A stretch of DNA of 64,000 nt from an uncultured virus (IMG/VR IMGVR_UViG_3300042562_001845) (IMGVR_UViG_3300042562_001845); one strand, 5' to 3'. Counted from the first letter of the stretch, positions 51,648-61,714 are shown. The notes: generated by a model from the letters alone, not told the origin. Program-made: numbers and translations.

Positions 51648-51674
51648 AAAAAACCACTCATTGAGTGGTTTTTT
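51648..51674. terminator. Bidirectional terminator
   Basis: AAAAAACCACTCA-t-TGAGTGGTTTTTT. Confidence 0.85.
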
Positions 51675-52532
51675 TTATTGATTGTTTTTATCTAAATAGT
51701 CCATTAGATTTTCCATTAAAAGAACTGCTCTTTCAAAGGGCTCTTTGTTTCTTCTTAACTCTTTATTGGCAGTGTTGTAGTCTACACCTTTATTCATATA
51801 GAATGCTTGTATAAGTTCATCAGGAACAAACACACCAGAGTATTTCATCTGAAGTACGAATGGCATAACTACACTCTTTGGATCGATTGAAAAGTTATCA
51901 ACCAAAACATCATTATAAGATTCAGGTAGATTCTTTCCTTCATAATCATCAGCACCATCATCACCGTGTGCGTAGAATCCACATACTTTTCCCTCTAAAT
52001 GATTTCTCAACATATTATCATACTTTCCAGATCTGGCGAATTTTCCAGTGATATCGGCATTCTTTATGTTTCCGTCTCCCATTATCTTTTTTGCATCATC
52101 TACAGTAAGAGTTTGATTTACACAAACAAGTCTATCGAAAAGTGTTTTTATCTGAGAGCTTAGTGAGTGCCAATGTATTGGTGAGAATACTAAAAATGCG
52201 TCACACTCTTGAAGAAGTGTATAAACGTCTAGTTCTTTTAGTAAGTCTGGTTTCTTTTCATCACCTTTGAAATAGCAAGAGCATTGAAAATGACAATGAT
52301 ATCCACCAGATGTTGATATACACCCCTTACAAGGTTGTATGTTCGGCTTCTTAGAAAGGTTTATAGAAAGATCTATTACTTTGAAGTCTATGAATGGAGA
52401 CCATTTCTCCACGATGAACTCAACTATTTTATGAGTCTTTGATTCCATTCCAGGACATGTGTCTTTGTCTCTTGGTGAACCTTGAAATAAAACCACCTTT
52501 GGTTTTCTGTCTCCTAGCTTTCTTATCTTCAT
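51675..52532 (-). CDS. Flavodoxin-fold FMN reductase / iron-sulfur flavoprotein
   Basis: QGSPR, PCKGC...CHFQCSC, SPIHW, KTLFDRL. Confidence 0.8.
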   Translation of the reverse strand: MKIRKLGDRKPKVVLFQGSPRDKDTCPGMESKTHKIVEFIVEKWSPFIDFKVIDLSINLSKKPNIQPCKGCISTSGGYHCHFQCSCYFKGDEKKPDLLKELDVYTLLQECDAFLVFSPIHWHSLSSQIKTLFDRLVCVNQTLTVDDAKKIMGDGNIKNADITGKFARSGKYDNMLRNHLEGKVCGFYAHGDDGADDYEGKNLPESYNDVLVDNFSIDPKSVVMPFVLQMKYSGVFVPDELIQAFYMNKGVDYNTANKELRRNKEPFERAVLLMENLMDYLDKNNQ

Positions 52533-52558
52533 ATTATGTATATATTAAAAAAGTCGGA

Positions 52559-52846
52559 CTATAAATCCGGTCCTTTCAATATTTCTTCTAATCTAATATC
52601 TCGATATTCGGCGATTGCTTTTTCAACGTTGATTGCTATATTTTTTGTGTACCACTTTCTCCATTTTGGATTTATTCTGGAAATATATTCGACTTCATAT
52701 CCTATTTGATGTCGACCCGAACCGACTATTGTTCCAGGATCGAGCAGTATTTCTGGATTTATGTCGTAGTGGGGGTTCATAGTCACTTCGTGCTGGTAGA
52801 TGACTCTCTTCACCGCGGTGATTCTATTCAATATATCTTTTCCCAT
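52559..52846 (-). CDS. Hypothetical protein with RDIRLEEIL motif
   Basis: ORF. Confidence 0.6.
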   Translation of the reverse strand: MGKDILNRITAVKRVIYQHEVTMNPHYDINPEILLDPGTIVGSGRHQIGYEVEYISRINPKWRKWYTKNIAINVEKAIAEYRDIRLEEILKGPDL

Positions 52847-53507
52847 CGTAGATTTTTCCTTCTATTATAGACATTCCTTCATGTTGATAGGTTACTGTCT
52901 CTTTAGATACCGCAAATCTTTTTGGTGGAATATTAGTAGCAGTACGAAATGCCCAGTTGAGCCATATATCGAGACCGTCCCAAGTACCTGTTTTTAGTTG
53001 TCTCAAAAGATATTCTCTCGAATGTCTTGGAAACATTATACAATGTGTCATTATTATTTTATCTGTGAGATAAAAACTTAAATAATTAGGATGTTCTTCT
53101 ATAACAGGAGACCAAACTAAACCATCTACAGATCCTGGTGCACCAAAAGATACGTAGTTTATAAGATGATCTTTACATACAGTTACCGCCTCTTTAGCCA
53201 TTTCTGCAAAACGAGAATGTGGAACGGTTATTATACAATCACATTCACATATGATTATTCCATCCAAATCTTCTGTGAATTCCTCTTCGATTGCTCTTTT
53301 AAATGATTGAAATAAGCCATAGTGACCAGGTCCGTGATTTCCGGTGTAAATAGGTATATTCTTTATGTGACCATCACCTCGGTATATCTCATTTATATGA
53401 GGTGTGTACTCTATACCATACTCTTTGAGTGGTGAAAGAGATTGAATAGAAGCTTTCTCTCGTGTGGCTTCTATATCCGTTAGTAAATGAACTAATTTTA
53501 TTTTCAT
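52824..53507 (-). CDS. GT25-like glycosyltransferase
   Basis: GHYGLFQSF, IICECD, THCIMF, DIWLN. Confidence 0.55.
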   Translation of the reverse strand: MKIKLVHLLTDIEATREKASIQSLSPLKEYGIEYTPHINEIYRGDGHIKNIPIYTGNHGPGHYGLFQSFKRAIEEEFTEDLDGIIICECDCIITVPHSRFAEMAKEAVTVCKDHLINYVSFGAPGSVDGLVWSPVIEEHPNYLSFYLTDKIIMTHCIMFPRHSREYLLRQLKTGTWDGLDIWLNWAFRTATNIPPKRFAVSKETVTYQHEGMSIIEGKIYDGKRYIE

Positions 53508-53827
53508 AATTTTCTTGTTTCTCCTACAAAAACCACATTGTGGTCTCTTACTAATCTTTCTAAGTGCATGTTGTCCTTTGCATAAAGGTAGAACTTTCCT
53601 TCTTTATATGTCTCAACGAAATGATATTCTTCGTCAAATAACTCGACACCGTACAAACGATCTTCTTCACCGATACCAACATCGGTATGGTCATTACGTT
53701 TAAGCCAAGTAAGTATTCCGGTTTGTTCTTCGTTGTTCATTATATCAATATACTTGAACGAATACATTTCGTCAAGATCATCTAATATCCAACTTTTTGA
53801 ATCAACTTCAAAATATACTTTTTTCAT
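53504..53827 (-). CDS. Hypothetical protein
   Basis: Coupled ORF. Confidence 0.6.
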   Translation of the reverse strand: MKKVYFEVDSKSWILDDLDEMYSFKYIDIMNNEEQTGILTWLKRNDHTDVGIGEEDRLYGVELFDEEYHFVETYKEGKFYLYAKDNMHLERLVRDHNVVFVGETRKL

Positions 53828-54084
53828 ATTCCTATTTTGTTAAGTTTATAATCTCTTATTTCATCTAGATTCAATTCTTTAAGATGTCTTTCATGAACAA
53901 CTAAGTCGTATTCTTCATCATCGATAAAAAAGAATACTCTCATATAATATTTATTTTCAAAAGAAGCTTTATAGATACCACCGTATTTTAGAGGTTCGTA
54001 ACAAAAATCCTTTATTTCTCTATCACTTGATATTACTTTAACATACATATTACATTCCAATTTGTTTCTCAACCATACCTTCAA
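53824..54084 (-). CDS. Hypothetical protein with RDYKLNKI motif
   Basis: ORF; start may be the internal MYVKV. Confidence 0.6.
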   Translation of the reverse strand: MKVWLRNKLECNMYVKVISSDREIKDFCYEPLKYGGIYKASFENKYYMRVFFFIDDEEYDLVVHERHLKELNLDEIRDYKLNKIGI

Positions 54085-54421
54085 GAAATCTTTCCATTTC
54101 TTTAGACAATTCTACTTCAACATCATCAATAAGGAATCTGTTGATAGAAACCGTTGCTTCGTCTAAACAAAAATCAGATGCAGGTGGAGTCCAATAGTCG
54201 CCAGGACATTCGTCAAAGTATCCACTCAACTCAAGTGTGTATTCGATAACGATGCAAACGTCGTCGTTTCCAACAGGATTGAAAGAAATCCATTCTTCTT
54301 CTCTACAAACTGATCCATCATTTTCATAGATTAACTCACTGAAGTCTTCAGATTTTTTAAAGTCTCCATCATAGAATGATAAGTTGTTGAAATCAATCGT
54401 GTATGTTTGGTCTAAGCTCAT
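54050..54421 (-). CDS. Acidic hypothetical protein
   Basis: GDYWTPP motif; TTTG-N20-TATATTTG promoter at 54438-54469. Confidence 0.65.
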   Translation of the reverse strand: MSLDQTYTIDFNNLSFYDGDFKKSEDFSELIYENDGSVCREEEWISFNPVGNDDVCIVIEYTLELSGYFDECPGDYWTPPASDFCLDEATVSINRFLIDDVEVELSKEMERFLEGMVEKQIGM

Positions 54422-54470
54422 ATCGTTTTTATTTCTACAAATATACGCAAGAAATGCCGGGTAGACAAAT

Positions 54471-54779
54471 CTATCCGGCTATTTTTTTGATCTCTGAGAA
54501 TAATTTTTTCCTTGGCTCTCGATGCTTGACATCGCTAGGTATATTTTCTGAGTAGTTATGTGTACTCTTTGAACCAATGGCATCTTCTACATAGGAAGTG
54601 TATGGATCTCCGATTCCATGAATATTCCGAAGCTTTTCGTAGAGTCCTTCCCAAAGGTTCTTCGGAGTCTCGTTTCTTTTCAGAAACTCAAATATGGGTT
54701 CTTTTCCAATCTCACTTAAACTTTTTCCGGAGGCGGTGACCGCGTCGGAAAGTGTCTGCAATAGTTCTTTCGTGTTCAT
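54471..54779 (-). CDS. Hypothetical protein
   Basis: ORF. Confidence 0.6.
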   Translation of the reverse strand: MNTKELLQTLSDAVTASGKSLSEIGKEPIFEFLKRNETPKNLWEGLYEKLRNIHGIGDPYTSYVEDAIGSKSTHNYSENIPSDVKHREPRKKLFSEIKKIAG

Positions 54780-54784
54780 CTTTT

Positions 54785-55264
54785 CTATAGTATAATTGTT
54801 GTATCATATCCTTCTTCTAAAGTTGGCTCTTGATATGAGTCAATCATAGATTTGATTACGAATGGTGGTATCCATTTGTTTTCCTTTGCATTACGGTCGA
54901 TGTTTCTTCGAGTGTATTCTTCATCCGATAAGATTGGAAATACTACTGCAACTCTTGAAAAGTCCTTTCCAAAGTTTCTTAAAGTCGCCATTCTTCTTTT
55001 AACGGTCATGTTGGTCATGTCGATTATGACGCTGGTCTTTAAGTCGTTTGCTTCTTTTAATCTGGTGGCCAATACTCTGTCTACTTCTTTTTGGTCAACT
55101 TCTTTGAACGCGAGGTTGTAGTCTCTCGATCCAAATACTTCCATAACAATCTCGTCACGAGAAATGACCTGCGTGTTTGGATAGTTGTTTCTTATATAAG
55201 TAGACTTACCTGAAAGAGTAGGTCCAATTAACATCATTACAAAAGGCTCTTTAATATTTTTCAT
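54785..55264 (-). CDS. Polynucleotide kinase-like P-loop protein (AAA_33)
   Basis: GPTLSGKST, ISRDEI, IIDMTN..KRR, EPTLEEGYD; TTTG-N19-TATCTTTG-N4-ATG. Confidence 0.85.
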   Translation of the reverse strand: MKNIKEPFVMMLIGPTLSGKSTYIRNNYPNTQVISRDEIVMEVFGSRDYNLAFKEVDQKEVDRVLATRLKEANDLKTSVIIDMTNMTVKRRMATLRNFGKDFSRVAVVFPILSDEEYTRRNIDRNAKENKWIPPFVIKSMIDSYQEPTLEEGYDTTIIL

Positions 55265-55316
55265 ATATCAAAGATAAGGAATATTTTTCGAGTAACAAAA
55301 TTTAATATATAAACTT

Positions 55317-56165
55317 ATGAGTGGAATAATAAGCAAACAAATAAATAACAAGAACATTTTGTTCTATTTTGATGCTGCAAACCTAAAATCATATAATGGA
55401 ACCAGTAATGTTGGATATAGCCTTGTTCTTGGAACTACAGCATCTTTGTTAACAGGTGTTACTTGGAGTACGGTAAATAGTGGTGTTATGAGGTTCAATG
55501 GAACGTATTCTGCCGTTCCAAATATAACTACTTATACTGGATATACAAAAGATTCTTGGATAACATGTGGAGACAGAATACCTAAACTTGGATTATCATT
55601 TCCATTTACTTTAGAAGCATGGATAAATCCAAAGAAGCTAAATGGTCTAACTACAACAATACCCTATGGAGTATTCGCACTAGATTCGACAGAGTCTTTT
55701 TCGCTCAATGGCTCTATTTCCTATTATTATGGTTTAGATTTAGGTCTTTCTACAAACGATGGGACAGACACGCATAATTTTACATGTGGGTACTACAACG
55801 GTACTGGGTATGGGTCTGGTGCTAGGAGGTCTACAATTACATTAGAAAGGCCTGTTATATGTGGAAATTGGAACCATGTAGTTGCTGTAGTTTCCGCACT
55901 TAACACGTTTACATTTTATATAAATGGAGAGTCTACACCAATCGAACTTGTGGGTTCCGAATTCGGATCGGGAGAGAACACTTCAGGAATAGTATGGAGT
56001 GGTGGAATTGGAAAGACGGTAATCGGAAAGGGTGCAGGATACTACAAATACATATTCAACGGAGATATAGCAATGGTAAGAGCTTACAACTCAGCACTAA
56101 GTGCGGATAATATAAAGCAAAACTACAACCTTCATGCAGTAAGGTTTGGACTTAATATAAAATAG
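55317..56165 (+). CDS. LamG/concanavalin-like virion protein
   Basis: FDAANLKSY, FTLEAWI, WNHVVAV, RAYNSALS..I.QNY. Confidence 0.8.
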   Translation: MSGIISKQINNKNILFYFDAANLKSYNGTSNVGYSLVLGTTASLLTGVTWSTVNSGVMRFNGTYSAVPNITTYTGYTKDSWITCGDRIPKLGLSFPFTLEAWINPKKLNGLTTTIPYGVFALDSTESFSLNGSISYYYGLDLGLSTNDGTDTHNFTCGYYNGTGYGSGARRSTITLERPVICGNWNHVVAVVSALNTFTFYINGESTPIELVGSEFGSGENTSGIVWSGGIGKTVIGKGAGYYKYIFNGDIAMVRAYNSALSADNIKQNYNLHAVRFGLNIK

Positions 56166-56173
56166 ATTTAAAA

Positions 56174-58879
56174 ATGGGAGTAAGAGGAATATACTACGGA
56201 GGAATAGTCTTGGATGGCTTGGTATTCCATATCGACGCAGCAAAACAAGAGTCTTACGCGAAGAGAGGACTTAGATACATGCAGAACGGAAACAGCAACC
56301 TGTTCATAGATTTCGCGGATACTTCTAAAAGTCCATCTACGGAAAATGCCACAGGTACTATAATAAATGGTGTTACTTTTAGTAACTTTGCACCATATCA
56401 TCTATCAACCACACCATATTGGCACAATCCTGCAACGACTGCATGGAAAGATAGTGCAGGAATAGGAACTTTCTACGGAAACTTAGAGTTTGATGGTGTA
56501 AATGACTATGTGAGTTTTGGATCGACACCTGAGATGGATGGAATAAAGGATATAACGGTATCTGCGTGGTTCTATGTAAATAAATTTAAAAGTGGTGCTG
56601 TTCCTGCCGGTGGAACAACAAGTATCATAGCGTCTCGATACAACGGTGTTAATGGATGGGCTCTTGGTTATAATAATCAAGGAGTGGTTTATTTTGATGG
56701 AAGAGAAAGTGGTGCAGAATATCTGTCAGTAACTGCAAGTATTCCAGTAAAGTCTTCAAATAGTACTACGAATGGTGGTTGGTACAACGCGGTTGGAACA
56801 AAACAAGGAAGTGTTTGGAGTATATACGTTGCAGAAACCAATAGGTATATTGTCGATGGAGATAGAAGTATATATGTAGCAGCGTACCAACAATCTCTTT
56901 TAGGTACTCGAACAATGGGAGTTGGAACTACTACATTCACAACAAACAATCTATATTTAGGTTGTGTTGTATTTGGCACACCTACTTTACACATGGATGG
57001 AAGGTTGATGTCTTTGTCGGTATACAACAGAGCACTATCTCTTAGTGAGATAAACCAAAACTACGATTCTGTAACAAAGAGAATAATAAAAAATTCTGTT
57101 CCTGCAAGTCCTGAGTTCATAACAAAATGGAATACAAGCATTCCAATAATGGAAACAGCAACCGGTATTATAGAGATACCTATAAATCCCTCATATACCT
57201 ACAACTACACAGTCGACTGGGGAGATGGAATAACTACTACCGGACACACAGGAAATGCGACACATACATATGCTACGAATGGTATATACACAGTAAAGAT
57301 AACCGGAACTTTTCCTGCGATTTTTACATCTAACAATATTTATAAAGTTAGGATGATTGAGGTGAGTCAATGGGGAACAAATGTTTGGCAAACAATGGAG
57401 AGTGCATTCTATGAATGTTCAAATATGAACGTGACTGCAACGGATGCACCTAATCTTTCTGTAGTTACAAATATGTTTGCAATGTTTAGAGGATGTATAT
57501 CCATGAATGGTAATATATCGAGCTGGGACGTATCTAATGTTACGAGAATGATTGATATGTTCTCTCAAGCAACTTCGTTTAATCAGCCACTTAATTCTTG
57601 GAATGTTTCGGCGGTTACTGAAATGCAAGGTATGTTTGCAGGAGCAACGTCTTTTAATATGCCACTTTATTCTTGGAATACGATGTCAGTAATAAGTATG
57701 GCGGGTATGTTCGGAAATGCGGTATTATTTAATCAGAATATATCTGCTTGGAATACCTCGGCTGTTACTGAAATGTCTAGTATGTTCGATGGGGCGACCG
57801 ATTTCAATAATGGTGGACAACCGATGCTTACTAGCGGAAATAGCTGGAATACATCGGCGGTTACAGATATGAGTACCATGTTCTATCAGGCCAGTTCTTT
57901 CAATGCGAACATAAGCAATTGGAATACTGCAAATGTGACTAATATGGGTGCTATGTTCTATGAGGCAAGTGTTTTTAATTCGAACATAAGTAGTTGGAAT
58001 ACTGTAAATGTGACTGCAATGTATAGTATGTTCTTTAACGCATATTCCTTCAACAGACCAATCGGTTCTTGGAACACTGCAAATGTGACTGGTATGGGTA
58101 GTATGTTCTGGGGTGCAACATTGTTCAATCAGAATATATCCGCTTGGAATACCGCTGCGGTTGTAGATATGAGTGGTATGTTCTTTAGTTCTGCATTCAA
58201 CAATGGTGGACAGCCAATGCCTACTAACGGAAATAGCTGGAATACATCGTCGGTTCAATATATGAGCAATATGTTCAATCAAGCTACAAACTTCAATCAA
58301 AATATAGCAACATGGAACACTTTGAGTGTTATTTCTATGAGACAGATGTTCTATGGTGCTTCTGCTTTCAACAATGGTGGACAACCGATGCCGACTAATG
58401 GAAATAGTTGGAATACCACGAATGTTACAGATATGTGGGGTATGTTCTCTTACACTACAAACTTTAATCAAAACATAGCAACATGGAATACTGCAAATGT
58501 TACTACTATGGGTCCTATGTTCAACGGTAGTATATTCAACAATGGAGGACAACCAATACCAAGAAATGGAAGTAGCTGGAACACCGCATTGGTTACGGAT
58601 ATGAACTCAATGTTCTATATGAACGACGCGTTCAACCAAAACATAGGAACTTGGAATGTTTCTAACGTAACAGACTTCACAAATTTCATGTCGACAAAAA
58701 CTCCGACTACGTTATCAACTGCGAATCTTGATGCTATATATATAGGATGGGTTAGTAGACCAGTTAAACCAAATATCATCATCTCGTTTGGAACGGCGAA
58801 TAGAACTTCCGCGAGTACAAGTGCAAGAAACGCATTAATAGTTGCTAATTTATGGACTATAACAGATGGTGGAATATAA
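56174..58879 (+). CDS. LamG + PKD-like + DUF285/BspA-like repeat surface protein
   Basis: LamG motif YNRALS; VDWGDG; many WNT..VT.M..MF....FN repeats. Confidence 0.85.
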   Translation: MGVRGIYYGGIVLDGLVFHIDAAKQESYAKRGLRYMQNGNSNLFIDFADTSKSPSTENATGTIINGVTFSNFAPYHLSTTPYWHNPATTAWKDSAGIGTFYGNLEFDGVNDYVSFGSTPEMDGIKDITVSAWFYVNKFKSGAVPAGGTTSIIASRYNGVNGWALGYNNQGVVYFDGRESGAEYLSVTASIPVKSSNSTTNGGWYNAVGTKQGSVWSIYVAETNRYIVDGDRSIYVAAYQQSLLGTRTMGVGTTTFTTNNLYLGCVVFGTPTLHMDGRLMSLSVYNRALSLSEINQNYDSVTKRIIKNSVPASPEFITKWNTSIPIMETATGIIEIPINPSYTYNYTVDWGDGITTTGHTGNATHTYATNGIYTVKITGTFPAIFTSNNIYKVRMIEVSQWGTNVWQTMESAFYECSNMNVTATDAPNLSVVTNMFAMFRGCISMNGNISSWDVSNVTRMIDMFSQATSFNQPLNSWNVSAVTEMQGMFAGATSFNMPLYSWNTMSVISMAGMFGNAVLFNQNISAWNTSAVTEMSSMFDGATDFNNGGQPMLTSGNSWNTSAVTDMSTMFYQASSFNANISNWNTANVTNMGAMFYEASVFNSNISSWNTVNVTAMYSMFFNAYSFNRPIGSWNTANVTGMGSMFWGATLFNQNISAWNTAAVVDMSGMFFSSAFNNGGQPMPTNGNSWNTSSVQYMSNMFNQATNFNQNIATWNTLSVISMRQMFYGASAFNNGGQPMPTNGNSWNTTNVTDMWGMFSYTTNFNQNIATWNTANVTTMGPMFNGSIFNNGGQPIPRNGSSWNTALVTDMNSMFYMNDAFNQNIGTWNVSNVTDFTNFMSTKTPTTLSTANLDAIYIGWVSRPVKPNIIISFGTANRTSASTSARNALIVANLWTITDGGI
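57440..58690 (+). repeat. DUF285-type coding tandem repeats with a higher-order NNGGQP.GNSWNT unit (4 copies)
   Basis: Visible in protein and DNA (aatggtggacaaccgatg...ggaaatagctggaatac). Confidence 0.85.
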
Positions 58880-58889
58880 TATATAGTAT

Positions 58890-60674
58890 ATGATATCAAA
58901 ATATAATAACTTTATTTTAGAAAAAGCTTTAAACGAGTCTACTTTATATGTTTCTCCTGAGATACTTAAAAGGCTACAAAAGATTGGTAGTGAAATATCA
59001 AGAGATTTAATAAATCAGTTAGGACAGGATATAAAGCCAGATGCAACATTCTTGGACGAAAGTGATAAAGAAGGTGAACTTACTTTCATCACGATAAGAA
59101 ATGCAATCAAAAAACTAAGTGATATATATCATGGTGATCCAGATTTCGTTAAGAGTATTGGGGAGCCAGCAGTTGATACTTTTGCAATAAATATTTCAAC
59201 CATGTTAAAGAACAACGAACCTGATTTCTGGACTCAATCAAGAAATCCTATAAAGATAGGTAGATTCATAAGACAGGTATTTCCAGGTAAATATTCAGAT
59301 GTTGATATTGAGAAGTTTGTTAACGCATTCAAAAGCTCCGATGAAAAGGATCTACAGAAGTTCATTCTAGTAGAAGGAGAAGATATTGCAAAATACTATT
59401 GGCACGAAAACTATAAAGAGATGGCAGGAGACTTAGGAAGATCTTGTATGGCAAGAAAGAAATTCTTCAACATCTATACTCAAAATCCAGAAGTTTGTAG
59501 ACTTTTAGTTCTTTTAGAAGATGACAAAGTGATAGGAAGGTCTCTTATATGGAAGTTAGATAGAAACAACGGAGAAAGTGAGATTGAGTATTTCATGGAT
59601 AGACAATATACCATAGAGCAATCAGATGTCATCAAGTTCACAAACTACGCAAAAGAAAACGGATGGGCATATAAAACATACAACAACCACCATAGCTATT
59701 CAAACATAACCCATTTAGGAAGAGAGATGAACTGTGAGATAGTCGTAAAGATAGAAAAGAAGAATTATGATGAGTATCCTTATATGGATACACTCAAAAG
59801 ATTTAATCCAAAGACAGGAGAACTTTTCAACGATACGGATAAAGATGGAAATGAAGGTCAGTTTCTATTAGAAGATACTGATGGAGACTACACGGAAATA
59901 AAATCGGGAAAATGGTCTGAATATTATGATACAGAAATAGATGAAGATGATGCTGTATGGTCTAATGCATATGGCGACTGGTTACCTGAGAACAGAGCAG
60001 TTCACATAGAAACAGGAAGAGGTAGAAGTAATACTGGATGGTTTCCAGAAGATGACGAAAACATCTACTACTCGGAATGGGAAGATGAATATCTACACAT
60101 AGACGACTGTAGATATTCTGAAGACAAAGACGAATACATACTGAGTAGAAATTCTATATCGGCTGCATATAAAATATATGAAGATGGAAGTATAGAAACA
60201 AGCTGGTATCACCAAGACGACGACCATTGCATAGATATAGACAGAACGATGAGATGGTATGAAATACTATCGGAAAAAAATTCTGATTGGGAAGATGTTT
60301 CTAGAATGAATCTAAAAATCACAGATAGATGGAGTACAGTATATAAAGAATTCTATCCTAAGATATTCAAAGTATTCTTATATAGAATGAAAAATTCAAA
60401 AGATAAAATCTATCTAAGCGTAAGAGATGCGAAGATACTTGGATTTGAATATGACAAAGATGATATGATTGAGATAGATGACTTCGAATACCACAAGAGA
60501 TTGAATGAAGCTTATGTAAATGATAAAAGTTTATTTGATACTTTAACAGAGAAATTGGAGAATGATCTTATTCCGAATACAGAAAGAATCGCGGATGAAG
60601 GCGAAGAAGATATGAAACAAATGTATGTCAATAGGCTTCAAAGAGCTTGGGACAAAATGGGTTATGATAAATAA
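58890..60674 (+). CDS. Large hypothetical protein with MISKYNNFILE tag
   Basis: GRSCM, GRSLIW, FMDRQY, YPYMDT; AATATATA-N4-ATG. Confidence 0.75.
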   Translation: MISKYNNFILEKALNESTLYVSPEILKRLQKIGSEISRDLINQLGQDIKPDATFLDESDKEGELTFITIRNAIKKLSDIYHGDPDFVKSIGEPAVDTFAINISTMLKNNEPDFWTQSRNPIKIGRFIRQVFPGKYSDVDIEKFVNAFKSSDEKDLQKFILVEGEDIAKYYWHENYKEMAGDLGRSCMARKKFFNIYTQNPEVCRLLVLLEDDKVIGRSLIWKLDRNNGESEIEYFMDRQYTIEQSDVIKFTNYAKENGWAYKTYNNHHSYSNITHLGREMNCEIVVKIEKKNYDEYPYMDTLKRFNPKTGELFNDTDKDGNEGQFLLEDTDGDYTEIKSGKWSEYYDTEIDEDDAVWSNAYGDWLPENRAVHIETGRGRSNTGWFPEDDENIYYSEWEDEYLHIDDCRYSEDKDEYILSRNSISAAYKIYEDGSIETSWYHQDDDHCIDIDRTMRWYEILSEKNSDWEDVSRMNLKITDRWSTVYKEFYPKIFKVFLYRMKNSKDKIYLSVRDAKILGFEYDKDDMIEIDDFEYHKRLNEAYVNDKSLFDTLTEKLENDLIPNTERIADEGEEDMKQMYVNRLQRAWDKMGYDK

Positions 60675-60675
60675 G

Positions 60676-60703
60676 AAAAGTCGAAGAGAAATCTTCGACT
60701 TTT
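60676..60703. terminator. Bidirectional terminator
   Basis: AAAAGTCGAAGA-gaaa-TCTTCGACTTTT. Confidence 0.85.
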
Positions 60704-60707
60704 TGAT

Positions 60708-61424
60708 TTATTTGGTGGCTACTAATACTTTTACTCTTGGAAACTTCGTGCTGAATATTCTATGGTATCCATCAATCACTCGCCATTTGTCTCCAGACTT
60801 CTTTACAATCCCTCTGATACCATTGTAGTTTTTATCAGAATAAAAATCTAAGTCTTTTTTCATTACTTTATCTAAATGCTTTTCGGTACCGAATATGATG
60901 TCGTCTTTATCGATTGTAATAGATTCGTAGTTTGAATCTGTAATCTCTGGAAGAATCTTACCGTATTCTACTTTCAAAAGATACTCAATCTTTTCTTTTA
61001 AACTAGGTAATGAAAATACAGTCATAAGCTCTTCTTCAATCTTGTCTGCAATAGATTCTTTTATTCTGACATCGTTTACTTCTTGTCCATAGTACCCACC
61101 TTCAACTTCAATATCCCAGTTATCAGATTCCCATATTTTATAGGATCTAATAATTCTATCAATCGTATAGATGTCTATGTCTTTTCCAATACCATAAAGA
61201 ACTTCGTTGATTGTGTTGTTTCTATTAGCAGCCTTTCCTTCTTCGAAAAATTCGTCGTATATTTTTTTGACTATTAAAGATACATCAACAGACTCAACAG
61301 ACTCATTATGAATACTACCACATCTACATATACCTTCTTCATCACACCCATAATTTTCACAATCATAAGTATAGCTATAGTCTACGTAAACACCGTTGTA
61401 TTGAAATTTTATGTCTTTGAGCAT
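60708..61424 (-). CDS. Hypothetical protein with Cys cluster and ParB/Srx-like C-terminus
   Basis: C...C...ICRC; VIDGYHR. Confidence 0.6.
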   Translation of the reverse strand: MLKDIKFQYNGVYVDYSYTYDCENYGCDEEGICRCGSIHNESVESVDVSLIVKKIYDEFFEEGKAANRNNTINEVLYGIGKDIDIYTIDRIIRSYKIWESDNWDIEVEGGYYGQEVNDVRIKESIADKIEEELMTVFSLPSLKEKIEYLLKVEYGKILPEITDSNYESITIDKDDIIFGTEKHLDKVMKKDLDFYSDKNYNGIRGIVKKSGDKWRVIDGYHRIFSTKFPRVKVLVATK

Positions 61425-61714
61425 CTTCTTCTTAGTTTATATTTTCTACCCTCTATTGTTTTGTAGCCATAAAACTTACCGTCTCTCATAGAGATATAGA
61501 TTTCTTTGAGTATGTTTCCTGAAAGGTCGTGCCAGCCAGAATGAACCAGTTCTTCCTCACAGAATGGATACCATTGATTCAGTCTGTTGACTTTTCTCTT
61601 ACCATCAACATTGATTGGATTATCTAAATAAAGAAACTTAGAATCACCAAGATTCTCGTTCTTCTTATACATCATCTTTATTCTTGAAACAAGGTGTGCC
61701 TTTATGAAATTCAT
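61409..61714 (-). CDS. Hypothetical protein
   Basis: Coupled ORF. Confidence 0.6.
   Translation of the reverse strand: MNFIKAHLVSRIKMMYKKNENLGDSKFLYLDNPINVDGKRKVNRLNQWYPFCEEELVHSGWHDLSGNILKEIYISMRDGKFYGYKTIEGRKYKLRRRCSKT

Noticed and set aside
57725..58552. 275-aa antisense ORF and other shadow ORFs (e.g. 25621-26040, 2713-2949, 34225-34578)
   Set aside because: They lie opposite well-supported genes and arise from codon bias or repeats.
57440..58690. CRISPR array
   Set aside because: Repeats are in-frame, degenerate coding repeats without unique spacers; no cas genes.
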